Assembly (NCBI GenBank): GCA_027452025.1 | Contig: DAIDHI010000044.1 | Span: 1,493 to 65,492, forward strand | DNA length: 64,000 nt | From: Elusimicrobiota bacterium | Lineage (GTDB): Bacteria; Elusimicrobiota; Elusimicrobia; UBA1565; UBA9628 | Direction of reading: 5' to 3' | In this document: piece after piece, positions 27,498 to 35,993 of the stretch | Numbering within the stretch: the first letter of the stretch is position 1 | Layout of the letters: every line of letters starts with the position of its first letter | Notes under the pieces: model-generated | Database searches by the model: none | The model's input: only the letters and a program-made list of their open reading frames with translations | Told to the model about the DNA's origin: nothing | Made by a program: the position numbers and the translations under genes

Positions 27498-28322
27498 ATG
27501 CTCGAAGACAAGAAGATCGCCGTGGTCGGCGCCGGACACATGGGCCGCGCGCTCATCGGCGGGATGGTGCGCGCCAAGCTCACCGCGCCCAAGAATATCA
27601 CCGCCTCGCGACGCAGCGAGGAGGCCTTATCCGAGCTGCGCCGCCTTTTCGGCGTCCACGCCGTGGCCGACAACCGCAAGGCCGTGGCGGGCGCCGACAT
27701 CGTGATCCTGGCCGTCAAGCCGCAGATGTCGGGCGCCGTGCTTTCCGAGCTCTCGTCGCGCGTCTCCAAAAAGCAGCTCATCGTCAGCGTCATGGCGGGC
27801 ATCACCACGGAGACGATCGCCCGCAAGCTCAAGAAGGCCTGCCCCGTCGTGCGCGCCATGCCCAACACTCCCTGCCTCGTCGACGCCGGAGCGACGGCGA
27901 TCTGCGCCGGCCGTTACGCCGGCGAGCGGGACCTGGCCCTGGCCGAGGCGATCTTCAAGTCCGTGGGCCTGGTCGTCACCCTGCCCGAGTCCGCCATGGA
28001 CGCCGTAACCGGCCTTTCCGGCAGCGGGCCGGTCTACCTTTATATGGTCATCGAGGCGATGATCGACGGCGGGGTCAAGATGGGCATCCCCCGCGCCGTC
28101 GCCGCCAAGCTGGCCGCTCAGACCGTTTTCGGCGCCGCCAAGCTCGTCATCGAGACGGGCAAGCACCCGGCCATCCTCAAAGACGAGGTCACCACGCCCG
28201 GCGGCACCGCCATCAACGCCATCCACACGCTCGAGGCCAAGGGCCTGCGCAGCGTGCTCATCGACGCCGTCGTGACCGCCACCCAGCGGTCGCAGGAGCT
28301 GTCCCGTCTCTACGCCGACTAG
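27498..28322 (+). CDS. proC: Pyrroline-5-carboxylate reductase
   Basis: NADP-binding IAVVGAGHMG and a P5CR C-terminal dimerisation domain. Confidence 0.92.
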   Translation: MLEDKKIAVVGAGHMGRALIGGMVRAKLTAPKNITASRRSEEALSELRRLFGVHAVADNRKAVAGADIVILAVKPQMSGAVLSELSSRVSKKQLIVSVMAGITTETIARKLKKACPVVRAMPNTPCLVDAGATAICAGRYAGERDLALAEAIFKSVGLVVTLPESAMDAVTGLSGSGPVYLYMVIEAMIDGGVKMGIPRAVAAKLAAQTVFGAAKLVIETGKHPAILKDEVTTPGGTAINAIHTLEAKGLRSVLIDAVVTATQRSQELSRLYAD

Positions 28323-28323
28323 C

Positions 28324-29469
28324 ATGGACGAGAAGGTCGCCGAACGCATCCCCGAGCCCACCCTCATCACGGCGAGGGAGCACCTCGAGGAGGTCGTCGC
28401 GGAGCTGCGCAAGGCCTCGCGCCTGGCCTTGGACATCGAGTCCAACGGCTTCTACGCCTATCGCGAGCGCGTCTGCCTCCTTCAGATCTCCTCTCCCGTC
28501 GAGGATTTCATCGTCGACCCGATCGCCGTCAGCGATCTCTCTTGCCTGGCCGAGCCGCTGGCCGACCCCGCCATAGAGAAGATATTCCACGCCGGAGAAT
28601 ACGACGTCCTCTGCCTCAAGCGCGACTACGGCTTCAGCTTCACCAACCTCTTCGACACGATGATCGCCAGCCGCATCCTGGGATTCAAGGAGCTGGGGCT
28701 CGCGGCCGCGATCGAGCGCCACTTCGGCGTCAAGCTCTCCAAGAAGCTCCAGCGCGCCGACTGGGGCCGCCGGCCGCTGACGCCCGAGCATCTGCGCTAC
28801 GCCCAGCTCGACACCCACTACCTCATGCGCCTGGCCGATATCCAGAAGGAGCTGCTGCGCGAGAAGGACCGCCTCGAGGACGCCCGGGAAGCCTTCCATG
28901 AGCTGAGCCAAATAGAGCCCGTCATCAGGTCCTTCGATCCCGACGGCTACTGGAAACTGGCCGCGCGCCACGAGTTGTCGGGCGTCCAGGTCGCCTGTCT
29001 CAAGGAGATATACCTTTACCGCGAGGAGCAGGCCGCCAGCCGCAACAAGGCCCACTTCCGCGTCATGCCCGACGACCTGATGGTGCGCGTCGCCCAGGCC
29101 ATGCCGACCGACATGGCGAGCCTCAAGGAAGTGCGCGGCATCACCCCCTACCTATTGCAAAAATACGGGCACGGCCTGCTCAACGCCGTGCGGCGCGGCC
29201 AGGAAGCCCAGCCTCTGACGGAGCCGCCCAGGCAAAAGCGCGAGCGCCGGGACATGCGCGAGCACCGCCTCTTCGAGCGCCTGCGGCAGTGGCGCAAGGA
29301 GCAGTCCGCCGCCGAGGGCGTCGAGCCGGTGGTGGTGCTATCCAGCGACGCCCTGAAGGAGATCGCGCGCCTGGCCGTCCAGGGCGGAGATCCCTTCTTG
29401 CCGCTGAGCCAGCTCAAGCGCTCTCGCTACGAAGCGAGCCTGAAGAAGCTTCTCTCCGAAGACGCTTGA
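28324..29469 (+). CDS. rnd: Ribonuclease D (DEDDy 3'-5' exonuclease plus HRDC)
   Basis: LALDIESNG, FHAGEYDV, YAQLDTHYL motifs and a C-terminal HRDC region. Confidence 0.88.
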   Translation: MDEKVAERIPEPTLITAREHLEEVVAELRKASRLALDIESNGFYAYRERVCLLQISSPVEDFIVDPIAVSDLSCLAEPLADPAIEKIFHAGEYDVLCLKRDYGFSFTNLFDTMIASRILGFKELGLAAAIERHFGVKLSKKLQRADWGRRPLTPEHLRYAQLDTHYLMRLADIQKELLREKDRLEDAREAFHELSQIEPVIRSFDPDGYWKLAARHELSGVQVACLKEIYLYREEQAASRNKAHFRVMPDDLMVRVAQAMPTDMASLKEVRGITPYLLQKYGHGLLNAVRRGQEAQPLTEPPRQKRERRDMREHRLFERLRQWRKEQSAAEGVEPVVVLSSDALKEIARLAVQGGDPFLPLSQLKRSRYEASLKKLLSEDA

Positions 29470-29482
29470 GGCGCCTCGCTTG

Positions 29483-29549
29483 AGGTGCCTGGCTTTAACC
29501 TTTTTAACTTGTTCGAAGAACAAGTTAAAAAGGTTAAAGCCAGGCACCT
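29483..29549. repeat. Perfect 32-bp inverted repeat (3-nt loop), AT-rich, between convergent rnd and tag; bidirectional terminator or protein-binding palindrome
   Basis: aggtgcctggctttaacctttttaacttgttc-gaa-gaacaagttaaaaaggttaaagccaggcacct; about 37% GC versus about 67% for the genome. The right arm overlaps the tag stop codon. Confidence 0.8.
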
Positions 29550-30114
29550 ACGCCAGGTCGGCGCTGCGGAAACAGCCTTTTAGATGATCGTTGACCATGC
29601 CCACGGCCTGCATATGGGCATAGACGACGGTCGGCCCGAGGAAGGAAAAGCCCCTCTTCTTGAGGTCCTTGGCCCACGCCTGCGCTTCGGGAGTGGCGGC
29701 CGGCAGGTCGCAAAGACGCCGCCGTCGGCCGGTGATCGTCTTGCCGCCCACCCACGACCACATGTATTTGTCGAAGGAGCCGAACTCCCGCCGCACTTCC
29801 AGGTAGCGCTTGGCGTTGTTGATCGCGGCCAGAATCTTGGCTCGGTTGCGGACGATGCCGGCGTCGCGCGCCAGGCGCTCCCGGTCGCGCCGGCTGAAGC
29901 GCGCCACCTTGCGAAAGTCGAAACCGGCGAAGGCCTTGCGGAAATTCTCGCGCTTGTGGAGAATCGTGCGCCAGGACAGCCCCGCTTGGAAGGTCTCGAG
30001 CACGAGGAACTCGTAGATCTTGCGGTCGTCGTGCACGGGCACGCCCCATTCCTCGTCGTGGTAGCGCTCGTAGAGTTCGTCGCCCGCCGTGGCCCAGGGG
30101 CAGCGCTTCATCAG
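29548..30114 (-). CDS. tag: DNA-3-methyladenine glycosylase I
   Basis: Tag signature (RCPWA...DEEWGVP...FQAGLSWRTIL) with a Zn-binding Cys/His. The ATG overlaps the tonB TGA. Confidence 0.9.
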   Translation of the reverse strand: MMKRCPWATAGDELYERYHDEEWGVPVHDDRKIYEFLVLETFQAGLSWRTILHKRENFRKAFAGFDFRKVARFSRRDRERLARDAGIVRNRAKILAAINNAKRYLEVRREFGSFDKYMWSWVGGKTITGRRRRLCDLPAATPEAQAWAKDLKKRGFSFLGPTVVYAHMQAVGMVNDHLKGCFRSADLA

Positions 30115-30914
30115 TTGTCGAGCTCGAAGTCGATCGGCGCCCCGACCTTGACCGGGATGGGGCCGCTGGCGCCGCGCGCCGGAGAGAACTTCATCAGCCG
30201 CGCCGCCTTCTGGGCCGCCGCGTCGAAGTCCGCAGCGCCGGAGGAGCGCGCGACCTCCGAGCCGGTGACGTTGCCGTCGGCGTCGATATGGATGTCGAGC
30301 AGGACGTGGCCCTCGCGGTTGGCGCGCCGTTCGGCCTCGGGATAGAAGCGGCGCAGGATCCTCAGGAGCTCGGCGCCGTTGAGCAGCCGCGGCATGACCA
30401 GGACGGGCGAGCCTCCGTCGCCCGTGCCGTTGGGCGTGCCGATGTCGGCCCCGGCGCCGTGCCCGCCGACCAGGGCGGAGGTGCCCGTGCCGTTGACCGC
30501 TCCCCCGGGAGTCGCCGGGTTGGCCACGGTCTTGTTGGTCTGCGGCGCGTTGGGGATGACGGGCGCCTCCGGCGCGGGCCGCGGCGCCACCTTCTTGAGG
30601 CCGGGGCGGGGCAGCACCCAGTCCTTGGCCGAGGCCGGCGGCGCCACCTGCGCCGGCTTTTGGCCGTGGTCGGGCAGCGCCTGGACCCTCGGCGCGTTGG
30701 GCACGAACCTCTTGGGGGCGCCCAGCTTGGCCGGCCCCGTGCCCGGCAGAGGGCTCGTCATCGTCAGGTCGATCTCGACGGGGTGGGGCGTGAAATCCGG
30801 AAGGCGCAGATACGGGCCGACAGCGAGGATCAGGACGTGGAGCAGCAGCGAGGCGGCGAGACAGTTGCGGAAGAGCCGCTCGTTGTCGGCGGACCACCAG
30901 CCCCAAAAGCTCAT
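30111..30914 (-). CDS. tonB: TonB-family energy transducer
   Basis: N-terminal TM, Pro-rich spacer, TonB C-terminal domain (PRLLNGAELLRILRRFYP...VLLDIHIDADGNV). Confidence 0.8.
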   Translation of the reverse strand: MSFWGWWSADNERLFRNCLAASLLLHVLILAVGPYLRLPDFTPHPVEIDLTMTSPLPGTGPAKLGAPKRFVPNAPRVQALPDHGQKPAQVAPPASAKDWVLPRPGLKKVAPRPAPEAPVIPNAPQTNKTVANPATPGGAVNGTGTSALVGGHGAGADIGTPNGTGDGGSPVLVMPRLLNGAELLRILRRFYPEAERRANREGHVLLDIHIDADGNVTGSEVARSSGAADFDAAAQKAARLMKFSPARGASGPIPVKVGAPIDFELDN

Positions 30915-31315
30915 TTATTGACGACTTCGAGACCGATCTTGCGCACCCCCGCGCCGCGGATGGCGTCGATGGTGCCGATGACGTCGCCGTAGCCGAGGTG
31001 CCGGTCCGCCGAGAAGATCACGTGCACGTCGGGCTGCATCTTGACCGTCCCGGCCAGGTCGCGCGACAGCTCGTCGAGCGTCAGAACCTTGCCGCCGACC
31101 ATGAGGCGCTTTTGGGCGTCCTCCACGATCTGGAAGGCCTCTGTCGCCGCGCGCTCGTGATGGGCGGCGCGGGGCACGTCCACGTTCATGGCGCGCCGGC
31201 CGATGAGGGGCGCCGTAGCCATGAAGATGATCAGCACGACGAGCAGGATGTCGACGAGCGGCGTGACGTTGATCGCCGTGATCGGCCCTTCGTTGGAAGA
31301 GACCGCCGAAGCCAT
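30911..31315 (-). CDS. exbD: ExbD/TolR biopolymer transport protein
   Basis: ITAINVTPLVDILLVVLIIFM signature; 4-nt overlap with tonB. Confidence 0.88.
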   Translation of the reverse strand: MASAVSSNEGPITAINVTPLVDILLVVLIIFMATAPLIGRRAMNVDVPRAAHHERAATEAFQIVEDAQKRLMVGGKVLTLDELSRDLAGTVKMQPDVHVIFSADRHLGYGDVIGTIDAIRGAGVRKIGLEVVNK

Positions 31316-31319
31316 GGCG

Positions 31320-31937
31320 TTAGCGGTCCGCGCGGGCCTGCGCCAGGATGAAGCGCCCCAGCGCCTCGGTCCCCGAGAGGAGCTCCTTGACCTTGTTCTG
31401 GAAGTAGTTGTAGCTGACCACGCAGGGGATCGCCACGAACAGGCCGACGGCCGTGGCGATGAGAGCCTCGGAGAGGCCCTGCATGACGACCTCCGGCCCG
31501 GCGGCGCTGGCCGAGAGGTCGTGGAAGGCCTTGATGACGCCGAGCACGGTGCCGAAGAGGCCGATGAAGGGGGCGTTGCTGCCGAGGGTGCCCAGGATCA
31601 GCAGGCGCCGCTCCAGCCACTGCTTCTCGTCGAGGCTGGCGGCCACGAGCAGGTCCTCGATGCCCGCCGCGCCGCCGCGCGATTGCGCGAGCGCGGTCTT
31701 GAGGATGCGTCCGGCGGCGCCGTCGTGGCGCTTGACCGTTTTTTCGATGGTCGGCAGGTCCTTGCCCAGCTCCGCCATCAAGGATCCGCGCAGGGCCCGA
31801 TAGAGCTTTTCCTCCTTCCACAGCAGGATGCCGCGCTCGATGATGGCGCCCAAAGCGACGACGGAGCAGCCGAGCAGCGCCCAGATCACCCAATCGCCGC
31901 CGGTCAAGGCCAGGGCCCGGAGAAAGGAGATGTTCAT
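31320..31937 (-). CDS. exbB: ExbB/TolQ (MotA/TolQ/ExbB proton channel)
   Basis: Three TM helices and the conserved APFIGLFGTVLG motif. Confidence 0.88.
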   Translation of the reverse strand: MNISFLRALALTGGDWVIWALLGCSVVALGAIIERGILLWKEEKLYRALRGSLMAELGKDLPTIEKTVKRHDGAAGRILKTALAQSRGGAAGIEDLLVAASLDEKQWLERRLLILGTLGSNAPFIGLFGTVLGVIKAFHDLSASAAGPEVVMQGLSEALIATAVGLFVAIPCVVSYNYFQNKVKELLSGTEALGRFILAQARADR

Positions 31938-33602
31938 TTAGTCGTTCTTGAACCTCTGGAGGCGCAGCAGCGCCGAGCACAGCTCGGCTTGCACCTGCGG
32001 GTTGGTCTCGGTCGAAAGCTGCTGAAGCAGCTCGCGGTACTCGTAGCCGCTTCCAAACACTCCCATATAATGCGCGGACATGGCGCGCGTGAACCAGTCC
32101 TGGCTCTGATAGTTGTTCTGCAGCAGCTGCTGGCCGAAGATGTCGCCCATCTTCCACATGCCGGCGGCGGCGTAGAGCTGGATGGCCGGCGAGGGATCGG
32201 TGTGCGCGGCGTTGGAGACCTGGATCTCGGCGCTCTGATCGCCCTCGATGAGGAGAGACTCGAGGCCGGCGAAGCGCACGGTGATGTTGTTGGTCTGGCT
32301 GAGCGCCTGCTGGAAGAGCGGGAGATACTGCGTATCCTTGGTGTAGGCGAGCGCGACCAGCGCGGCGGCCCGGATCTGCACGTTGCTGGCGGAGCCGGCG
32401 GCGCTCTGAAGGGCCGTCTGGAGGTCGAAGTCCGTCGTGCCGGCCAGGCCCTCGGTCAGCAAAAACCCGAGCTCGCTATAGCGCATCTGCAGGTTGTAGC
32501 CGTCGACGGTGGAAAGCTGCGTGAGCTCGGCCATGCCGGGATCGGAGGCGGCCACGTCGTCGGGACGCGCGCTCATGCTTCCCTGCAGCAGCCGCAGGAG
32601 ATTGGCGTTGATCTGCGGATCGATGGGCATGTCGGCCGTGATGTGCGTGCGCGGCGCTTTGATGACGAGAGGCTCCAGCTCATAGACCGTATTGACGGGG
32701 TCCGGGATGTTGCCTTGATCCGCCGGGCCGGGAGCCTCCGTGGGCTTGTTGCGCACGTCGGCATTGGCCGCGGCCTGCTTGACGGCGGCGCGCTTCTTGG
32801 GGTAGAGTTTGAGCGCGCCGATGCAGAGCTCGGCGACGTTGAAGTCGTAGTTGGTCTCGCGGCCGATGTGGCTGACCAGCCGATCGTAGTCCTCGGCGGT
32901 GCCGTTCTCGCCCAGATAGCGGGCCGCCATCGCGCGCACGAGCCAGCTCGGATTGTCGAGGAACGTGCGCAGGCGAAGCAGGCCGGCGGGATCTCCCAAC
33001 CGCGCCAAGCCCGCGGCCGCGTAGACCTGGAGCACGGGGAAAGGCTCCTTGTCGGCCGCCTGGGAGAGCAGCGACAAGGACTGCTGAGGATGCCCCCAGA
33101 CCTGCAAGGCCTCGAGCGCCCCGAAGCGCACGGCCGGATCGATGTAGACGAGAGCCTCGTCGAGGACAGGGAGGTCGGCGATGTTCTGCTGCCGGGCCAG
33201 GGTCAAGAGCGCCGCGGCGCGCGTCTCGGCGTTGCTCGACCAGCGCGCCAGCTGGACGAGCTGGGCGCGGAAATCGGGGTCGCTGTCGCGGGAGAAGGCC
33301 TCGGCCAGCGGCACGCCGATATTGAGGTAGCGGTTGCGCAGGTTGTAGCCGATGGGCGAGCCCAGGCCGACGATGTCGTAGACCGGAGTGCCCTGCGCGC
33401 TGGTCAGATCCACCTTTTCCTGGTCGATGTGGTCGACCAGGTTCATCAGCGTGTTGGTGATCTCCGGATCGGTCTTGATCGGCTCCGTCGAGACGGCCAC
33501 CGACGAGGCCGACGACGCCGATGAGGACGCCTGGTTGCCCGGCACGCTCGCGCAGGCGGCGAGAAGCGGCAAGGCGGCGGCCACGAGCCAGGAGCGGCGC
33601 AT
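31938..33602 (-). CDS. HEAT/PBS-lyase-repeat lipoprotein, first gene of the exbB-exbD-tonB-tag operon
   Basis: Lipobox LLAACAS and repeated HEAT-like units (VRFGALEALQV..., VRAMAARYLGE..., IRAAALVALAY...). Its stop directly abuts the exbB start. Confidence 0.65.
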   Translation of the reverse strand: MRRSWLVAAALPLLAACASVPGNQASSSASSASSVAVSTEPIKTDPEITNTLMNLVDHIDQEKVDLTSAQGTPVYDIVGLGSPIGYNLRNRYLNIGVPLAEAFSRDSDPDFRAQLVQLARWSSNAETRAAALLTLARQQNIADLPVLDEALVYIDPAVRFGALEALQVWGHPQQSLSLLSQAADKEPFPVLQVYAAAGLARLGDPAGLLRLRTFLDNPSWLVRAMAARYLGENGTAEDYDRLVSHIGRETNYDFNVAELCIGALKLYPKKRAAVKQAAANADVRNKPTEAPGPADQGNIPDPVNTVYELEPLVIKAPRTHITADMPIDPQINANLLRLLQGSMSARPDDVAASDPGMAELTQLSTVDGYNLQMRYSELGFLLTEGLAGTTDFDLQTALQSAAGSASNVQIRAAALVALAYTKDTQYLPLFQQALSQTNNITVRFAGLESLLIEGDQSAEIQVSNAAHTDPSPAIQLYAAAGMWKMGDIFGQQLLQNNYQSQDWFTRAMSAHYMGVFGSGYEYRELLQQLSTETNPQVQAELCSALLRLQRFKND

Positions 33603-33740
33603 GTCGGAATCCTACCAAAAATGCGAAGGCGCTTTGACCCTGTAATAAATCCTTAACCGGCCCCGTCTAGACTATGGCATCGGCGCACACAACAGCACGA
33701 CACCCTAGCTCGACAACAGAGACTCAACTCGATCGCAAAA

Positions 33741-33779
33741 CGTCCCCGGCTCCCTCTCTCCGGCCGGGGACGGTTTTTT
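33741..33779. terminator. Bidirectional intrinsic terminator downstream of the GAF gene
   Basis: cgtccccggc/gccggggacg 10-bp stem flanked by A6 and T6. Confidence 0.7.
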
Positions 33780-34321
33780 CAGAGGGGCTTGCCGACGTCC
33801 TGGAAGGGGCGCACCAGCCGCTCGAGCCAGCGCTGGTCCATCTCGTCGAAGGCGGCCGGCTCGTAGCTGTCGACGTCGAGGACGCCGAAGACCTTGCCGG
33901 CGAAGTCGAAGACCGGCACGGCGATCTCCGAGACGACCTTCGCGTCGCAGGCGATGTGCTCGGGGCCCAGCGCCTTGACGTCGGAAACGACCAGGGGCAG
34001 GCCGCTCTTGAGGACCTTGCCGCAGACGCCGTGCAGGGACAGCGGGTTGCAGGCGGGCTTGTCGCGGTGCGGGCCCAGGGACAGCTCCGCGCCGTTGGGC
34101 GCCAGCAAATAGAAGCCGCACCAGGAGTAGGGGCTGCCGCCGAAGTTGTCCCAGAGCGCCTCGATGACGTCGCGCATCATGCGGTCCGTCGTCAGCTGCC
34201 GCCGGCGCCACTTGCCCTCCAGGGTCTTATGGACGCGGTCATAGCGCGCCCGCGAGGGGCGCTGCTTGAGCTTCTGCATCTCCTCGATGCGCTTGGAAAT
34301 CTCGTCTAGCTCTTCAGCCAT
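33779..34321 (-). CDS. GAF-domain protein (free methionine-R-sulfoxide reductase / YebR-like)
   Basis: GAF-fold core with conserved Cys residues (…YSWCGFYLL…HIACD…). Confidence 0.65.
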   Translation of the reverse strand: MAEELDEISKRIEEMQKLKQRPSRARYDRVHKTLEGKWRRRQLTTDRMMRDVIEALWDNFGGSPYSWCGFYLLAPNGAELSLGPHRDKPACNPLSLHGVCGKVLKSGLPLVVSDVKALGPEHIACDAKVVSEIAVPVFDFAGKVFGVLDVDSYEPAAFDEMDQRWLERLVRPFQDVGKPL

Positions 34322-35342
34322 GGGCGATCAATTGTCCGCAGGCTCCCTGGATGTCGCGGCCCAGATTCTGCCGCACGGTGGCGTGAATGCCGGCCGAAAG
34401 CAGCCGGCTCTGGAATTGCCTCGCGTTCTCTTCCGGGGTGGCTTGATGCGGCGTGTCCGTCTGGTTAAAGATGATCAAATTGACGTGCAGCAGTTCAACC
34501 GGGCCGCTGGCCTTGACGAAGTCGACGAGCTTCTCGGCGTCGGAAGCGCAGTCGTTCTCCCCGCGCAGCAGCACGTATTCCAGGAAGACCTTCCGGTTGG
34601 TCTTGGCGACGAAATCGCGCAGGGCCTTCGAGAGCCTGGCCAGCGGATAGGCCTTGTTGACGGGCACGAGCTTGGTCCGCAGCGCGTCGTCGGCGGAGTG
34701 CAGGGAAAGCGCCAGATTGACTTGCGGGAAGTCGTCGGCGAAGCGCTCGATGCCCGGGACCAGGCCCGACGTGGAGACGGAGATGTGCCGCGCCCCGATG
34801 CCGAACGACTTCTGGTCCATCAGCGAGCGCAGGCTCTCGGCCACCTCGTCGTAGCAGGCGAAGGGCTCGCCCATGCCCATGTAGACGACGTTGTCCAGGC
34901 GCCCCGGAAGACTCTCGCGCCGCATGTATTGGCGCCAGAACAGGACCTGGTCGGTGATCTCCTCCGGGGTGAGGTTTCGAGACAGCCCCATCAGGCCCGT
35001 GGCGCAGAAAGTGCAGCCGATGGCGCAGCCGACTTGGCTGGAAATGCAGGTCGTCCAGCGGCTAACGCTTGGCCGCAGCAGCACCGTCTCCACGACCTTG
35101 CCGTCGGAAAGCTTGAGCAGCGCCTTGCGCGCGCGGCCGTCGTCCGAGACGCGCAGGCGCTCGAGGGCGTGGCTCATGAAGGCCACGCCGGCGGAAAGGC
35201 TCTTGCGCAGGTCGGCCGGCAGCACGGCGATGTCCTCGAAGGAGGACGCGGCCTCCGAGAAAGCGGCGCGGCGGATCTGGTCGAGACGGTAGGAGGGCGC
35301 CCCGGCGCCCGCAAGCGCCGCGGCGACGCGCGACAGGTTCAC
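34314..35342 (-). CDS. rlmN: 23S rRNA/tRNA adenine-C2 methyltransferase RlmN (radical SAM)
   Basis: CxxxCxxC (GCAIGCTFCATG), the catalytic Cys region, and NLIIFN near the C-terminus. Confidence 0.88.
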   Translation of the reverse strand: MNLSRVAAALAGAGAPSYRLDQIRRAAFSEAASSFEDIAVLPADLRKSLSAGVAFMSHALERLRVSDDGRARKALLKLSDGKVVETVLLRPSVSRWTTCISSQVGCAIGCTFCATGLMGLSRNLTPEEITDQVLFWRQYMRRESLPGRLDNVVYMGMGEPFACYDEVAESLRSLMDQKSFGIGARHISVSTSGLVPGIERFADDFPQVNLALSLHSADDALRTKLVPVNKAYPLARLSKALRDFVAKTNRKVFLEYVLLRGENDCASDAEKLVDFVKASGPVELLHVNLIIFNQTDTPHQATPEENARQFQSRLLSAGIHATVRQNLGRDIQGACGQLIAHG

Positions 35343-35343
35343 C

Positions 35344-35985
35344 TCAGTACGTCGCCTCCATCACGTCGGGGTGCTCCATGAGCCTCTTCATGACGCGCTC
35401 CTGGACGCGGCGGCCCCCGGAAGTGAACCACTCGCTGTAATAGACGCCGCCCCGCTTCATGACCTTGCGGCGGATGACGTGGAGGTTGGACTCCTGGAAG
35501 ATGCGCTCGATGGAGGTGATGGCCTCGGGGTCGAACTTGCAGATGATGCGGTAATGGTGGCGCTCCTGCCACTCGTCGATGATCGTGTCGAGCGGAGTGA
35601 AGGCGAGCTGGACGAACAAGACGGTCACGGTGGCCACCGAGCATAGGAAATAGTCGCCGAAGCCCAGGCCCATGCCGACGGCGGCTACGGTCCAGATGGT
35701 GGCCGCCGTCGTCAGGCCGACGACGTGCTCGCCGTCTCGCAGGATCGCGCCGGCGCCGAGAAAGCCGATGCCGGCGATGATCTGCGCCGGGACGTGCGCG
35801 TCGCGCACGTCGAAGGCCTTGAGCGAGACGATCGTGAACAGGGCCGCGCCCACGCAGATGAGGATGTTGGTGCGCAGGCCGGCGACCTTGTTGCTGACTT
35901 CGCGCTCGAGGCCGATGGTGCCGCCCATGACGACGGCGGCGAAGACCTTGAGGACGTCCGGATGAAGGTGTGTCAGAAATCCCAT
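35344..35985 (-). CDS. mgtC: MgtC/SapB family membrane protein
   Basis: MgtC N-terminal TM domain (GGTIGLERE motif). ATG at 35985 with a GGAGG SD; the longer track ORF is an upstream extension. Confidence 0.85.
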   Translation of the reverse strand: MGFLTHLHPDVLKVFAAVVMGGTIGLEREVSNKVAGLRTNILICVGAALFTIVSLKAFDVRDAHVPAQIIAGIGFLGAGAILRDGEHVVGLTTAATIWTVAAVGMGLGFGDYFLCSVATVTVLFVQLAFTPLDTIIDEWQERHHYRIICKFDPEAITSIERIFQESNLHVIRRKVMKRGGVYYSEWFTSGGRRVQERVMKRLMEHPDVMEATY

Positions 35986-35993
35986 CGCGCCTC

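Noticed and set aside
33674-34309. 211-aa plus-strand ORF
   Set aside because: Fully antisense to the well-conserved GAF-domain gene; the composition is artefactual.
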